Source: Macrostomum lignano (taxonomy: Eukaryota). Taken from it: a DNA stretch of 64,000 nucleotides. The DNA is taken from contig NIVC01003961.1 of NCBI GenBank assembly GCA_002269645.1, positions 1-64,000 of the forward strand, in the 5' to 3' direction. Under the pieces are notes generated by a model that was given only the letters and a program-made list of their open reading frames with translations, did not search any database and was not told the origin of the DNA. Shown here piece after piece: positions 38,625 through 56,584 of the stretch; position 1 is the stretch's first letter, and each line of letters opens with the position of its first letter. Position numbers and translations under genes: made by a program.

Positions 38625-40254
38625 CTGTTGTATGTGGCAAAGACAAAAATAATGCAACAGAATTATTTAATTAATCAAATTTTTAATTAGTATTTATTCA
38701 TATTGATTATATAAGCAGACTTAGGCCTATCTTAGATACTTAACTATTTTTTATGTTCAGATAGAATTAGTAAATATTATATAATGACCAGTACATTTTA
38801 ATAGTATACTATTCCTACAATTGTATATAGTTAATATCATTCATAGCTTTTTAACTTTAAATCTATTGATAAAAATAAATTTAGGCCAGCCAAAATAGTC
38901 AAGCCAATAGCCAATGCAATAAGCCCCCTAATATTTACAGAAATAAGCCTTACAGCTTAGGCCTAAAGTATATAGAGGACTACAAAATAATACATTGCTT
39001 CTTGCTATAGCTCGTGTCTTTAATTTATTTTTCTTTTTGTAATAGCTATATGTCTAATTTAGCAAATTAAGAGATATTTTCTAATTAAAGCAACAAAGCT
39101 AGGGCTAAAAGACCTTTTGCTAACCTGTTGAAAAAGTAGACAATGAGAATTTTATTAGAATTTCATATTTATGGCATGCAAAAACTAAGTGTTGGTTAGG
39201 AATTAAAAAATTTTATTATTGGCCTTATATTTAAACTTTTTATGCTAGAACTAATTATTTAGTAGGCCTAAAGCAAAGTATATTAAATTTTTCAAAATAC
39301 AAAAGCTCTTGATTTTTGTTATATTATATATTTTAACTATAACTCTAGACTATAGCCTCTTTATAAAAAGGAAGTGCTTATCCATACAGTTCCTATGCTA
39401 ATAATTTGTATTTTATTCACATGGATCCATGTCAATAAGTTCCAGCTTATCCCCATGGCAGCTTATTGAAATAGCTAGCTGCCACCATTCAAGTCTATAA
39501 GCTGTGTCAATAATTCCAATTTTATTTACACAGATCCTTGTCAATAATTTCAGCTCATCCCATGGCTAAGATTGTGTAGTTGTTTGTGTTTAGTTTGTAT
39601 ACTGACATTAAATGTTGCTACTAGGCCTAGTATTTTAGTCTTTTTATAGTAACATATATAGCATAGCTTAAAGTAATTGTTATTACAATGTTGTGACTTT
39701 CTGTTAAATTCACAATGTGACAATGTGATTTTAACATCTTGCTAACTCTCCATCCAAAATTGATATTGTCATTATTATTAGTATTATTATCATCATTATA
39801 ACATATTGAATTTTAGATTTTTCAAGTCTTGTTCATCTTTATCTTAGGGTTGTTTGGTCCGTTTGCAAAGCCAGCAGCTAAGCAAATACTCATATTTAAA
39901 ATCAACCCTCTTAATGACAAAAAATTTATCAAAGTACTTGATACCATTTAATATTCAGAAGTTTATTTGGAAGATTTGTAAAATAGTGAAAACAAAAAGA
40001 TGGTTTTTGAAAAGATTTATTTCAAGGTGCTCTATTCTAATAAACTGCTTTGGGGATAAGCTGAAAATTATAGACATAGATCTATGTACTAGCAATCTTT
40101 GCCCCCCAATGGGGGACATCTGGATAGAATCCTTGTTCTTTACAAATAACAAATAGACAGCGAAATAAAGCCTTCATAAAAAACAACAGACATTCCCTCT
40201 TAAAAACAAAACATCCCAAGACAGCAAGCATCCTTAGACAACATTCAAGCATTG

Positions 40255-40660
40255 ATCCCCAAATAGCAAGCATCCCCCCAATAGCAAGAAACCCTAGATA
40301 GCAAGCATCCCCCAGATAGCAAGCATTCCCCCAGACCCCAGATAGTAAGCATCCCCCAGATAGCAAGCATCCCGCAGATAGCAAGCATCCCCCAGATAGC
40401 AAGCATCCCCCAGATAGCAAGCATCCCCCAGATTGCAAGCATCCCCCAGATAGCAAGCATTCCCCTAGACCCCAGATAGTGACATCCCCCAGATAGCAAG
40501 CATCCCCCAGATAGCAAGCATCCCCTAGATCGCAAGCATCCCCCAGACAACAAGCAACCCCTGATAGCAAGCATAACCTAGATACAAAGAGACCTTATAG
40601 ATATCTAACAACCCCCTCTCAGATAGCAAGTACTCTCCACCCCCAAGAGCAAGCATCCCC
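40255..40660. repeat. 18-bp minisatellite (CAGATAGCAAGCATCCCC)
   Basis: About 20 imperfect copies. Confidence 0.9.
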
Positions 40661-41435
40661 CTAATAGCAAGTATCCATCCTTAAATAGCAAGCATCCACC
40701 AGAGAACAAGTAGCTAGTGCAACAATTTCCTTAGCTTTATAATGGTTCCATTTTGTTTTGTATGACACTTCTTTTATGTATGAAATGGTGTCTTTTTTGT
40801 TAAAAAGGTGGTTCTTTAATGTTTGACATGGTAGCTCTTTGATGTTTGACATGGTGGCTCTTCTATGTTTGACATGATAGCTCTTTAATGTTTGACATGG
40901 TGGTTCTTTAATGTTTGACATGGTAGCTCTTTGATGTTTGACATGGTGGCTCTTTTAGGTTTGACATAATGGCTCTTTAATGTTTGACATGGTGGCTCTT
41001 TAATGTTCCATATGGTGGCTCTTCTATATTTGACATGGTGTCTTCTATGTTTGACATGGTGGCTCTTTTGTGTTTGACATGATAGTTCTTTAATTTTGAC
41101 ATGGTGGCTCTTTTTTGTTTGATATGGTGGCTCTTTTTTGTTCTACATGGTAACTCTTTTATGTTTGATACGGTGGCTTTTTAATGTCTGACATGTTGGC
41201 TCTTTTATGTTTGACATGGCGCTCTTTAATGTTCGACAAAGTGGCTCTGTAATGTTTGACATGGTGGCTCTTAATTGTTTGACATGGTGGCTCTTTAATG
41301 TTCGAAATGGTGGCTCTTTAATGTTCGACATGGTGGCTCTTTTATGATTGACATGGTGGCTCTTTAATGTTTGACATGGTGGCTCTTTTATGATTGACAT
41401 GGTGGCTCTTTTATATCTGACATGGTGGCTCTTTT

Positions 41436-43015
41436 GGCTCATTCCATATAAGATGGACATATTTGGAAAATAGAAAAAAGTCAATATTTTTGCTTGCCAT
41501 TGCCTAATTAGCCTATTTTTTACCAAATGTTTATATTGTGCAATATATACAATCTAAGAATAAAGGAATGGTAAAATGTTGGATTAGTATGTTATCATTA
41601 TCAATTGGCAAAAAGTCATTTTTGTAAAAAATTGGACATTTTGCGAAGCAAAAGACATCAGTAAGATTTTGTACCTTTTAAAAACAAATAGAAAGCTTTT
41701 GAAGGTTGAAACAAACTATAGGCTCATTCCATATAAGATTGACATATTTGGAAAATAGAAAAAAGTCAATATTTTTGCTTGCCATTGCCTAATTAGCCTA
41801 TTTTTTACCAAATGTTTATATTGTGCAATATATACAATCTAAGAATAAAGGAATGGTAAAATGTTGGATTAGTATGTTATCAATTGGCAAAAATTCATTT
41901 TTGTAAAAATTTGGACATTTTTCGAAGCAAAAGACATCATTAAGATTTTGTACCTTTTAAAAACAAATAGAAAGCTTTTGAAGGTTGCAACAAACTATAG
42001 ATAAAAGTATAGTACTTGCATCATCAGATAAAAGCATTGGTGACCAAATAATCTATTATATTTTTAATGTATTAGTACCTCAAAGTTACTGAATTGACAG
42101 AAAAAAATATGTTACGACCATAATGTTACGACCATAAGGCTGCCTTTTCTTTTGTATCTTTGTTGCCTTTTGAGTTTATATATTCTAATAAAAGAGTATG
42201 ATTTCTAAAGATGTTCTTAGTCAAATTTTAAAAATGTATTGCAAAATATCAAAAATGAAAAATGTTATAAGACTTTTACCTTTTAGTTTCTATATGTCAA
42301 AAATCCTGTCGTTACGACCATAAGTGTCATTTAAAGTTTAATAGCATCTATACTAATGATGATATCTATATGAAACTCTATAAATATATTCTAGACAAAA
42401 TAATCTTTCATTTAAAATATTGGTTTAGTATATTCTATTATTAGATTTCATTTTATAAGTAAAAATAACCTGTCATGTTATGACCATGCTTATATGGAAT
42501 GAGCCTATAGATAAAAGTATAGTACTTGCATCATCAGATAAAAGCATTGGTGACCAAATAATCTATTATATTTTTAATGTATTAGTACCTCAAAGTTACT
42601 GAATTGACAGAAAAAAATATGTTACAACCATAATGTTACGACCATAAGGCTGCCTTTTCTTTTGTATCTTTGTTGCCTTTTGAGTTTATATATTCTAATA
42701 AAAGAGTATGATTTCTAAAGATGTTCTTAGTCAAATTTTAAAAATGTATTGCAAAATATCAAAAATGAAAAATGTTATAAGACTTTTACCTTTTAGTTTC
42801 TATATGTCAAAAATCCTATCGTTATAACCATAAGTGTTATTTAAGGTTTAATAGCATCTATACTAATGATGATATCTATATGAAACTCTATAAATATATT
42901 CTAGACAAAATAATCTTTCATTTAAAATATTGGTTTAGTATATTCTATTATTAGATTTCATTTTATAAGTAAAAATAACCTGTCATGTTACAACCATGCT
43001 TATATGGAATGAGCC
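41436..43015. mobile_element. Outer copy of a ~790-bp non-autonomous DNA transposon (17-bp TIR GGCTCATTCCATATAAG, 4-bp TSD TTTT; possibly Sola-like)
   Basis: TIRs at 41436 and 42999-43015; TTTT on both flanks; split by a near-identical inner copy. Confidence 0.88.
41721..42505. mobile_element. Inner copy (785 bp) of the same MITE, inserted with a 4-bp TSD (TATA)
   Basis: Junctions read CAAAC-TATA-[GGCTC...GAGCC]-TATA-GATAAAAG. The uninterrupted site CAAAC-TATA-GATAAAAG is visible inside the inner copy at about 41991. Confidence 0.9.
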
Positions 43016-44377
43016 TTTTATGTTTGACATAGTGTCTCTTCTATATGTTCGACATGGTGACACTTTTATGTTTGGCATGGTGGCTCTTTTATAATTGACA
43101 TTGCACTGCTTTTATGTTTAGCATTTTGTGTTTTAAAGTGTTTTAATAAAAAAATTATTTTGCACTACTAAGATTTGAACCCAGGTTGCTACATTAGCAG
43201 TCCAGTCTGTTCGCATCTAGGCTATCTCTTTTCAATTGGAGAACATGAATTGTGGCCCTTATAATTCAATTATTATAGCAAGTCGATTAGAGTAAAAAGT
43301 TATGACATAATCAATTTCTTAGTCAGCCAGCATTAGTCTCAATTCAGTTAGCAATATGGTTACGCAATCACAATCAAGTCTTGTGTGCATTTTTCGACAC
43401 TGTTTTTATCTTGTTGATGCAATCTTTATCACAATTGAAATTCAGTCAGTCAAAAGTTTTCTCTCTCGCATTTTTACAATGCATTTCAGGTTGAAAAAGC
43501 TGCTTGACCTTTGCAAAAAATCATGTTTTTCAAATATTTAATCCCTTTAACATTGAGCAATTTCTTAGCCAAGATGCATGTATTGTCCTAGGAAAATTTC
43601 TGATTGAATGGTGCAAGTTTGAAGAAAATTGGTTGAGCCATTTTTTCTGAAATCTATCGCATAGCTAGATACAGACAACTTTCCAGGTCAATTCGGTGAC
43701 AAGACACTTCGGTGACAACAACTTCGGTGACAACTTGGGACGTTTCGGTGACACCAGTGGTCAATTCGGTGACAAGCTTTTTAGACTTGATTTGACTATT
43801 TTTCGTTGTTAAATATTAATATATATAAGCTGTTAATATAAACTCTTATTAAAGTAATAAAGGTTCGTATGCTATCTGCAATTATCATTTTGTTCGAGTG
43901 CGTTTCGAGGCATAACATTTACAGCGCGCACTTAATTTTTTCCCTACTTTTAATTTTTCAACCCAAGTCAACGACAATTGATTATTAGATTTTTTGTACT
44001 ACATCTACATGTACATGTACTGTAGATGTACATGTACGTCTTAAAAGCCATTGAACGAGTTCAGAAACAACTGTATATCTATAGCGTAGCTTATGACTGT
44101 ACATGTTTTTATGTGCTAATTCAGGGACTATAAGGCAAGGGGCGCCAATAGGGGCGGACGTACCCGCGGATAGAGCTTGATAGAACTTATTGAGCCCCCA
44201 AAAACCTAAGTTTGCACCCTTTAAACTAGATTTTTCGCCTCCTACACGCATTTTTTGCACCCCTAGCTTAAAAATTGGCGCCCCTCATACTCATGAATTA
44301 TTGGCGCCCAAAACTTGGACCGACGCCCCGGCCCCCTTCGGCCCCCAAATGAAATTCTAGATCCGCTACTGTATGTG

Positions 44378-44820
44378 GGTCACTGGTCAGATCGTCATAT
44401 TCCATTTCGTCATATCGGATGACGAAGTGACCAGAAGCAAAGTAGCTTTGAAAAATAATATGACGAAGTGACCAAATATTTAGTTATGCTGGATACTTCG
44501 TCATCAAACCAATCAATCTGTGTGAGATTCGAGTTAGTGTAAACTATTTTTGTCTTTATTAACTATAAGCTGCGGCAAGCAGAACCGATCGATCAACAGG
44601 TTTTATCAATCGAGATGTCAAAATGACTGGGATGATTAGGATTCCATGTAAATATGTTTAATTTCCACATCAATTCACTTGGAAGTTGGAACTGGTGGAT
44701 GGCGAAATGACTCTCTTGAGGTAGTGCATGCAAATCAAGATGACGAAGTGACCCTAGTCGAGGTGGACACCCCAGACACCCCAGATGACGAAATGGCAGA
44801 TGACGAAGTGACTAGGAACC
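44378..44820. mobile_element. 443-bp MITE with imperfect GG...CC TIRs, TTCGTCAT subrepeats and an 8-bp TSD (TGTATGTG)
   Basis: TGTATGTG at 44370-44377 and 44821-44828. The ends GGTCACTGGTCAGATCGTCAT and the reverse complement GGTTCCTAGTCACTTCGTCAT align without gaps. Confidence 0.75.
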
Positions 44821-45304
44821 TGTATGTGCGCCTCACAGAGTATAGATTATGGCCGTGAGTTGGCTTGAAATTTATCATGTAATTAATTTTGGCGCTTATT
44901 GACAAAGCTGTACTGTGAACTTATGGTCGTGGCGATCGTGACCATGTTAACATAAACACATGTGTACAAATGTAAAGTCATACAAAACTTGGTCTTCTAC
45001 ATTTAGTAAATGAATAACACTTATTCGTTCATTCAGCAACACAGTTAAGTGAATGTGATAATTATACTATACAAGCTGTTGAAACCCGCGGATTTTGAAC
45101 CCGGGGAATTCCAATACCCGGAACTACTTTTGCATGTATTCTGAAATCTAAGGCCATACACAAACAAAAACTTGTTAATAGTTAGTAGGATAGAGGTAGA
45201 CATAAAATGGAGCACATTTGAGTAAAATTAGGGTTTGAGACATTGTTGGCTGGGGTACTGCGCAGAATGTCAAGCAATGTCTGTCTGACTCTAAAACATA
45301 TTGC

Positions 45305-45760
45305 TAAACTCTGGTCTCTCCCTGACTCTCCCTACGTCCCTTGGATCCTTTAAAATTTCTATCGTCTCTTTGTTTCCTCTCATCTCTCTCGTCCCTCGTC
45401 TCTCCTCTCTCCTCTCTCCCCTCTTCTCTCGTATCTTCCCTCATCTCTCTTCTCTTTCATCTCTCTTATCTCATCTCTTGTCTCTTCTTTTCTCTCTCCT
45501 CTCCTCTCTACTTTTTCGTTTTCTCTCTCCCCTCCTCTCTCCTCTCTCCCCTTCTCCTCTCTCCTCTCACCCCCTCTTCTCTCTGATCTTCATTCTCCTT
45601 TCTATTCTTTTCTCTCTTCTCTTAACTCTCTCCTCTACTCTCTCATCTCTCCCTCTTCTCTCGCCTCTTCCCTCACCTCTTTTCTCTCTCGTCTTTGCTC
45701 TCTCATCTTTCCTTTCTCTTATCTTATCTCTCTTATCTCTTCTCATTTCTCTCTACTCCC

Positions 45761-45837
<77 letters not shown>

Positions 45838-46030
45838 GTCTTTCTCTCTTATCTCTGCTCCTCTCTCTACTCTCTCCCCTCTCCTTTCTCCTCTTTCCTC
45901 TCCTCTCTCCTCACTCACTTCTCTACCTTTGTCTCTCCTCTCTCCTCTCGTCTCTGTAACCTCTCCTCTGTTCTCTCTACTCTCCCATCTTTTATCTGTT
46001 CACTCTCGTCTCTGCTCTTTCATCCCCCTC
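45305..46030. repeat. CT-rich low-complexity tract including a pure (CT)n
   Basis: Direct reading. Confidence 0.95.
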
Positions 46031-46291
46031 TTTAATCTGGCATCTCTGTCTACGCAATCGAAATTCTGTGATATTGTGATATTCTATTGGTTAAAACGCC
46101 ATCACATTACGTGTATATTGCGCATGCGTCCTATATCAATACTTGTACAGAAGCAATTGAACGCAAGACCCATATAGCTACCAGTCGGCGCACTATATAT
46201 TTACTCTTTAACACTCAAGAATATCGACTTAATATCTTCTCTGCATCTAAAAAGCAACTAGCTAGCTAAAGAATACCAGCTCAATTGTCTG

Positions 46292-47050
46292 ATGGAAGTC
46301 GAAGAAGAAGTCCAGCGTGTGTCAAAGCAGTAACTGACGAGGAGCCTGCATTAAATTGTGACAAGTGCAAACATTGGTTCCATCGACTGTGTTTGACTGG
46401 TAAGTTTATGCCCTATATTCTGCATTCCATCAACTTAGTGTGTATTCACTCTTAAAATGGAAGAGGAGAAAGAGGGTAGAGGGGGGAGAAGGTAGAGGAG
46501 AGAGTGAAGAGGAAAAGAGGGTAGGGGAGAGAAGGTGGGGAGAGAGGGTAGAGGGGGGAAGGTAGAGGAGAGAGTGAAGAGGAAAAGAGAGTAGGGGAGA
46601 GAAGGTGGGGAGAGGAGGTAGAGAGGAGAGAGGGTATGTGGAGAGATGATAAATGGCTGAAATTGTTTTTGCTTTTTATTTTAGGAGCATCGTTCATTTC
46701 TGCTGCACAGTATAAGAAATTGATGAAGAAGAGTTCTTTTTCTTGGTGCTGCATGATCTGCACTACTCAGGAGGTACGTAGAGAGCGATGCTGAGGTTGA
46801 AGTTGCTGCTGCCGGTGGTGATGAGGTAGAGAGCGATGCCGAAATCGAAGTTGCTGCTGCCGGTGGTGATGAGGTAGAGAGCGATGCCGAAATCGAAGTT
46901 GCTGCTGCCGGTGGTGATGAGGTAGAGAGCGATGCCGAAATCGAAGTTGCTGCTGCCGGTGGTGATGAGGTAGAGAGCGATGCTGAAATCGAAGTTGCTG
47001 CTGCCGGTGGTGATGAGGTAGAGAGCGATGCCGAAATCGAAGTTGCTGCA
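46292..47050 (+). pseudogene. Disrupted two-exon PHD-finger gene fragment with an acidic 16-aa repeat, truncated by the right TIR
   Basis: Exon 46292-46399 (G|GTAAGT) and exon from 46685 (TTTTTAG|GA). Restoring one base at about 46310 gives MEVEEE-CPAC-...-CDKC-KHWFHRLC-...-WCCMIC (C4HC3). A 48-bp repeat follows, readable as EVESDAEIEVAAAGGD (about 6 copies) after a second 4-nt shift at about 46776. Confidence 0.75.
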
Positions 47051-48262
47051 GATATACAGTTGTTTTCTGAACTCGTTCAATGGCTTTTAAGACGTACATG
47101 TACATCTACAGTACATGTACATGTAGATGTAGTACAAAAAATCTAATAATCAATTGTCGTTGACTTGGGTTGAAAAATTAAAAGTAGGGATAAAATTAAG
47201 TGCGCGCTGTAAATGTTATGCCTCGAAACGCACTCGAACAAAATGATAATTGCAGATAGCATACGAACCTTTATTACTTTAATAAGAGTTTATATTAACA
47301 GCTTATATACATTAATATTTAACAACGAAAAATAGTCAAATCAAGTCTAAAAAGCTTGTCACCGAATTGACCACTGGTGTCACCGAAACGTCCCAAGTTG
47401 TCACCGAAGTTGTTGTCACCGAAATGTCTTGTCACCGAATTGACCTGGGACCCTGGACGAATAGCGATGTGGTTATTTGTCTAGTTACTAGATAGATAAT
47501 AGCCATGTTTCCCTATTCATCCAATGAATGCTAGACAAATAGGCATTTTGTTATTTGTCTGGTTAAATTAATGATCTATTGGTATAAGACCCATAGTTAG
47601 GATGATGTACATTATGCCGGAAATTTCCGGCGTACAATTGAATATTTTACTTTTTTTGGTATACAATGGGTATAAAAAATGAGGCAAAATATATTTAGCA
47701 TACCTTTTGACTTGACGCTGTGGCATAAATATGCCAAGCAGCGTACGCCAACTCCAACCTTCATGCCAAAGTTAATATTAACAATTGTTGGCATAACGCC
47801 ATAACTTCAAAATCTTATTAAGAAATCATAAAAACCATAAAACTCATAAGATGAAAGTTCATAACTTTTTGTTATTTTAAAAATAAAAAATTCCACATAA
47901 ACTAATTGTGTAATTTTCTAAAAAAACTTAAACAAAAAATTGATTTTTGTTGGCATATTCTATTAGCCAATTTACTTTAAATGAAAACCACACATTTGTT
48001 AAATAATTTATTTGAAGAAAAAGAAATCATTTACTTGTAATCTTCATGAAGTTGATGGTACATATTTTGACATAATTGCCAAATTGAAACGATCTTATTT
48101 GTTCAATTAACATGCAACACGCAAAAAAGGTCATTTATTGTCGCAAAGCCTAGAAAACCTGGCGTAAGTTCCTAGGACCTTGGTGTATGTTTCAGTATAA
48201 AGTGGCATAGATTTTTTAGGGGACTTTTTATTCCGGCATATACCATGACATGATCCTGACTA

Positions 48263-48845
48263 TGGTATAAGACCAAGATGGCCATATACCAAGATGGCCA
48301 AAACATTGAATCTCTGGCTTTGCTCTCTTTTTATCATTAATTAGCAACATAGTAGCTATTGTTATATTAATTATTATGTTTAATCAATCATATTCATAAA
48401 TATTGATGCAATAATAGATTTGAAACTAATTACCTATAATATAAAAACTTTAATCTTTTTCAATGTTTATGCCAATTTATTCTCTTTCATTATATCTATA
48501 AAATCTATCAATATCTGTTTATTAAGAAACCATTGCTACTAGTAATGCTATACAAAAATTAAGATAAATAGACAAGGCAAGGTATTTATTTTGTGTTAGG
48601 CTACTTGCTTGGTGTAGTGAATAAATATATATAGGTCAAGCTATAATAAAAGCTAAAGCCAAAGTAATGACTATAATATAGAGGCTTAATATTATACAAT
48701 TCCAATATAGCATCTATTTAGTATCTATTTCTCTAATTATTACCAATAGGAAATAAGTGAAATATATAACCATAGGCTTATTATTATCTATTTACACACT
48801 TAGAGCTGTGGCCATCTTGGTGTGTGGCTATCTTGGTTATGCGCC
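48263..48845. mobile_element. Possible small TIR element with CCAAGATGGCCA subterminal repeats
   Basis: Tandem CCAAGATGGCCA motifs at about 48270-48300 face inverted copies at about 48810-48840. No TSD seen. Confidence 0.4.
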
Positions 48846-50814
48846 ATTCTATTTTACAGAAACTATAAGGGTGAATATCCTTAGACTTCAAAGACTTCTT
48901 ACTTGTATCTTGATTAGATTACTATGTTGTTATACTAGTGTATAGCTTATTGTTATTGATTTTATACCAAATTATGCCAAATTGCATGTATATTACACAT
49001 ATCTGCTTTGCCTGCACTAGTAGTATATAACAAAATATTAATCAGGATAGAAGAAAAGATCTTAAAAATCTAGAATATTTATCACTAAACAAATAGACAC
49101 TTATATTAGCAATTTAATTAGACAAATAACGAAAAGGCTATTTGTCTGGTCACCAGACTAAATAACAATTGCCAATACTAAAATAAATGATATTAGCTTA
49201 TATAACTTAAATTATAAGGCAAAGAAGGGGCATTTCAGTCATTTTGTCTGCTGCCATTTCGTCTGCTATTCTTTTGTCTACAAAAATACAATGCAATGCT
49301 GATGTAGTTGTTTTGTCTACCAATAAAATATTAAATCATGCTAGTATAACATTAGTATTCATGTGTAGGCCCTTATATAATATTTAAAGAAAATATCTGG
49401 CCTCTGTTTGTATATCTTAAAATACCTAAAGTAAAAATAGGCCTAATGAAATCTTTTTTTTAAGTACTAGTGAAGGCCTATCTAAAAATATTATTACCCA
49501 AAAGACCTAACCAAATATTGAGACTTGAGTTAATTCCACTTATATACTTACATTTTGTTTATTATGAATAAACTTTGCAATAAGATAGCAAATGTGTTAT
49601 CATCATTGGATGGGGTTGGGCCAGGGATCATAACAATGCTCACAATAGCTAGCCAATCATAATCATATTCAACTACAAACTATACTCTATCTTCTGATTC
49701 ACTAACTAGTGAATAGTTTCATACAATCATAGTTTTTATAGTTTTAACTAGATCTTAGAAAATAAAGATTAGCAAGAATATACTTTGAGTAATTAGATAT
49801 GCTAATATTACTTTTTCTATTACTAACCAACTCATTCTTTTTGGCCATAGACATTCTCAAGTATTAGTGCCATATTAGACAATGTTTAATATTTTTGTAT
49901 CAATTTGAAATATAAAAGATTTTAACAAACAATTTAAGAAGAATGCCTTATGTTCAATAGAAATCTCAACCACTGCTTGCTATAGCCAAGCCTTCCAATA
50001 GTTAGGCACTAGTGCTTTGGTTAAAGGATAGCAAAAATAAACTATTAATGGTACTAATACTTGATATCGCCTTGACCAATCTATCAATCAGGTGCTAAGC
50101 ACTTTTAATAGTTGAAGATTACAGCAATGCTTCTTATTTGAGTGGCAACTAATATGTATATTCAACAGGCTATTGTTTGATAAAAGGAATGCATTGTAGA
50201 GCACCTTGTCTAAGAGTAGCACAAAGAAGAATGGTACTAATGTGTTACCTTCTGGAATTCCTAATAAAGTTTCAAATAGGTTAGATAGCCTATCTACTAT
50301 CATGATAATGATATAATATTGTAATATAGCAACCTGACGTGACTAATAGCATCATCTAGTTGCAAGCCCTTAGGTTAGGGATGGCATTTTTTTCAATCTA
50401 AAAATGCAAATCAATGCACTTAATAGCTATTTTATACTTTTAATGACATTTCTTTTTAACATAGCCTGTTATTCTAGGTGCTCATTTATTCAATTAACAG
50501 TCAAATCTACAATTTTGCCATTCACATTTCTGGTTTTATTGATCAAAAATTCTGCTGCAGTATTTATTCTTATTTATTGTATTATAATCAGAATGTATGG
50601 CAAAAGCACTTTATTTTTTCCATGCTAGTTTTTCTATATTCATTGTTTAAAAATCTTGGAAGTTTAATTTGGAGTTTAATTTTTTAGTATGCAGCTATGT
50701 TTTCAATGATAATAATTTAAATGAAATTAGTATTTGTTTTTTGTTTTAATAAAAATTACTCAAACATTTTTTGTTAACACTTCAGCAGTTCACCCTGCGA
50801 CAATAACTTTTTAA

Positions 50815-56019
<5,205 letters not shown>

Positions 56020-56584
56020 TTTTTGGCTCAAATTTTTTGTTTAAAAATAGATATTGGATTCAAAGTATTAATTTGAGTAGCTGTTCGATAAGCGTGCTGC
56101 GTTCTGTTTGCAGCTAACCTAGTAAAGCCTGGTACAGTATAGATTCTTAATAGTGTGATACGCCAGAAACTAATTTAACTAGCGTATTCCAGATTTTCAG
56201 TACCCACACGCTATATTCTGGCTAGATTTTTCTTTAAATTGAGTCAAGAATCATAAAACCACATTACATGTAAAGCTATGGGACTTTTTTCAAAGCTTGA
56301 TCAAACTATTAGGCTGCTTAATTATTTTTCCCTAATTTGTGCTCTTCCACTCCGTGGTTGCCTATAGATTATTGCTCACACGTTGTGAAAAAACTCTTGC
56401 TTTCCTAACGCCTCTGTTGCTTGCAGTGTCAAACATGTGTCAAGAAAACATGTGCCTGATTGAGCAATGGCATTACTGTACAATCTTAGTGAACAGATAC
56501 AGACAGACAACCGTCTTCAATCGGTTTTAAAAACTTCTAAAGTTTTTGCAGTTGTAACAAAACGAAATCACAGTGAAGCACGCG

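Larger units (their letters stand above)
40795..43100. repeat. 23-bp minisatellite (TGTTTGACATGGTGGCTCTTTAA) interrupted by a nested MITE pair at 41436-43015
   Basis: The array occupies 40795-41435 and resumes in register at 43016-43100. Confidence 0.9.
43683..47448. mobile_element. 3.8-kb foldback/MULE-like element with ~400-bp TIRs (start CCAGGTCAATTCGGTGAC, with TTCGGTGACA subrepeats)
   Basis: 43683-44080 and 47050-47448 are near-perfect inverted repeats. No TSD identified. The interior holds MITEs, a CT tract and a PHD gene fragment. Confidence 0.85.

Noticed and set aside
43985-47105. ORFs at the TIRs (43985..44260 and 46767..47105) and frequent TACATGTA palindromes
   Set aside because: The ORFs run through TIR or repeat sequence. 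TACATGTA-type motifs are common low-complexity elements in invertebrate genomes and show no positional pattern here.
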